The position numbers were made by a program, and so were the translations under genes. A DNA stretch of 64,000 bases, taken from positions 32,001 to 96,000 of IMG/VR virus record IMGVR_UViG_3300010883_000003. One strand, 5' to 3'. The notes under the pieces were generated by a model, which was not told where the DNA came from, did no database searches, and saw only the letters and a list, made by a program, of their open reading frames with translations. Below, one piece after another: positions 63,278-64,000 of this stretch; the first letter of the stretch is position 1; the number at the start of each line of letters is the position of its first letter. This DNA comes from a virus.

Positions 63278-64000
63278 ATGTCTAGAAACTTTAAGAAATT
63301 CCAACGAGAGATCGATTCGCTGTTATTCGAAGACTCGTACGTCACTCATGGTACAATAGATAATCTAAGGGCTGGTAACATAGATATATCACTAGATGAT
63401 GAAGATCCTGATATAGATTTGCCCATAGAACCGGGTCCTCAAGCTGCATCACAATTATCACATGATGTTCCTCCCGTAGAAGATCCTGAATACATACCAG
63501 CTAACAGCAAAGAGTTATCTAAGGCGCTAGCTGCGCTAGCCGTAGATATACCAGACAAAACAAGCATAGTTCAAAAAACATACGAAAAATTTAAAAAGTT
63601 TGTGGACGATTCCCAAGAGGAGAGTATTGACGTGGACAACCAAGAATCAAAAGTAGAAGAAGCAAGAAAGCTTATTAAGAATCAACTGTTAATAAACATC
63701 ATGAAAGAGCAGATGCAAGACCGTGATGCATACGGTAACCGTTATGACGACGAAGATCCGCTTGGAGATCTAGACGGTCCATCACCGGAAGAGCTTGAAG
63801 CAATGGAAACTCCATCGCCGAAAAAAGCAGAGCCTACAAAAGATGAGTCTACACTGGCTGATTTAGCGAAAGACATGGGGCTAAGCACGTCAGGTGTTAA
63901 GAGACTAGAGGCTGAAGCTGTCAAAAAAATGAGGCTGTTTGCAGTACACTTTCCAGATGATGCTGACGGCGTAAAAGAATTAGCAATGAGATATTACGCT
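63278..64000 (+). CDS. partial acidic protein with sigma70 region 4-like HTH
   Basis: GAGGTG SD, ATG 63278, open to the window end (absent from the ORF track); TLADLAKDMGLSTSGVKRLEAEAVKKMR at 63851-63934. Confidence 0.7.
   Translation, partial: MSRNFKKFQREIDSLLFEDSYVTHGTIDNLRAGNIDISLDDEDPDIDLPIEPGPQAASQLSHDVPPVEDPEYIPANSKELSKALAALAVDIPDKTSIVQKTYEKFKKFVDDSQEESIDVDNQESKVEEARKLIKNQLLINIMKEQMQDRDAYGNRYDDEDPLGDLDGPSPEELEAMETPSPKKAEPTKDESTLADLAKDMGLSTSGVKRLEAEAVKKMRLFAVHFPDDADGVKELAMRYYA

Noticed and set aside
2025-63924. Numerous minus-strand and alternate-frame ORFs in the track
   Set aside because: All lie within well-supported + strand genes, lack recognisable motifs and look like shadows of codon bias.
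1-64000. tRNA, rRNA, CRISPR array, integrase or transposase
   Set aside because: None recognised; intergenic gaps are short and mostly explained by terminators and promoters. A tRNAscan/Infernal run would be needed to exclude them formally.

Overview
This window is a 64-kb, entirely + strand, densely coding segment of a large, distantly T4-like myophage using the standard genetic code. Positions 1-30.2 kb are virion morphogenesis: scaffold, gp23-like major capsid, two paralogous decoration-like proteins, gp13/14/15-like neck, two tandem tail sheaths, tube, a gp26/gp51-like chaperone pair joined by a T7 run, a 1543-aa tape measure and baseplate proteins. Positions 30.2-57.3 kb cover replication and nucleotide metabolism: minimal Pol A, DEDDh exonuclease, SSB, RecA/UvsX, 5'-3' exonuclease, DnaB-like helicase, class II RNR, ClpP, amidase, glutamine synthetase, thioesterase, ThyX, an all-alpha NTP pyrophosphatase and DnaE. 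Positions 57.3-64 kb encode acidic, probably head-associated proteins and membrane proteins. The strongest candidate for a new system is the operon directly after dnaE (50.25-57.3 kb). It has a thymidylate-synthase-fold enzyme with the Asp that specifies dCMP, UDP-galactopyranose mutase (Glf), a T4 beta-glucosyltransferase-like enzyme, a dNMP kinase and a UDP-sugar epimerase. Together these predict DNA cytosines carrying a furanose sugar (galactofuranosyl-, possibly arabinofuranosyl-, hydroxymethylcytosine). Other notable signals are a recurrent ATA(N)TTA putative late-promoter motif, shared RWxxLAG and L-x-E head-protein motifs, a possibly pseudoknotted leader RNA, a metal-less SOD homolog, a sigma region 4-like HTH protein and an in-frame TAA in a membrane protein gene. 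All assignments come from motif recognition by eye; no searches were run.
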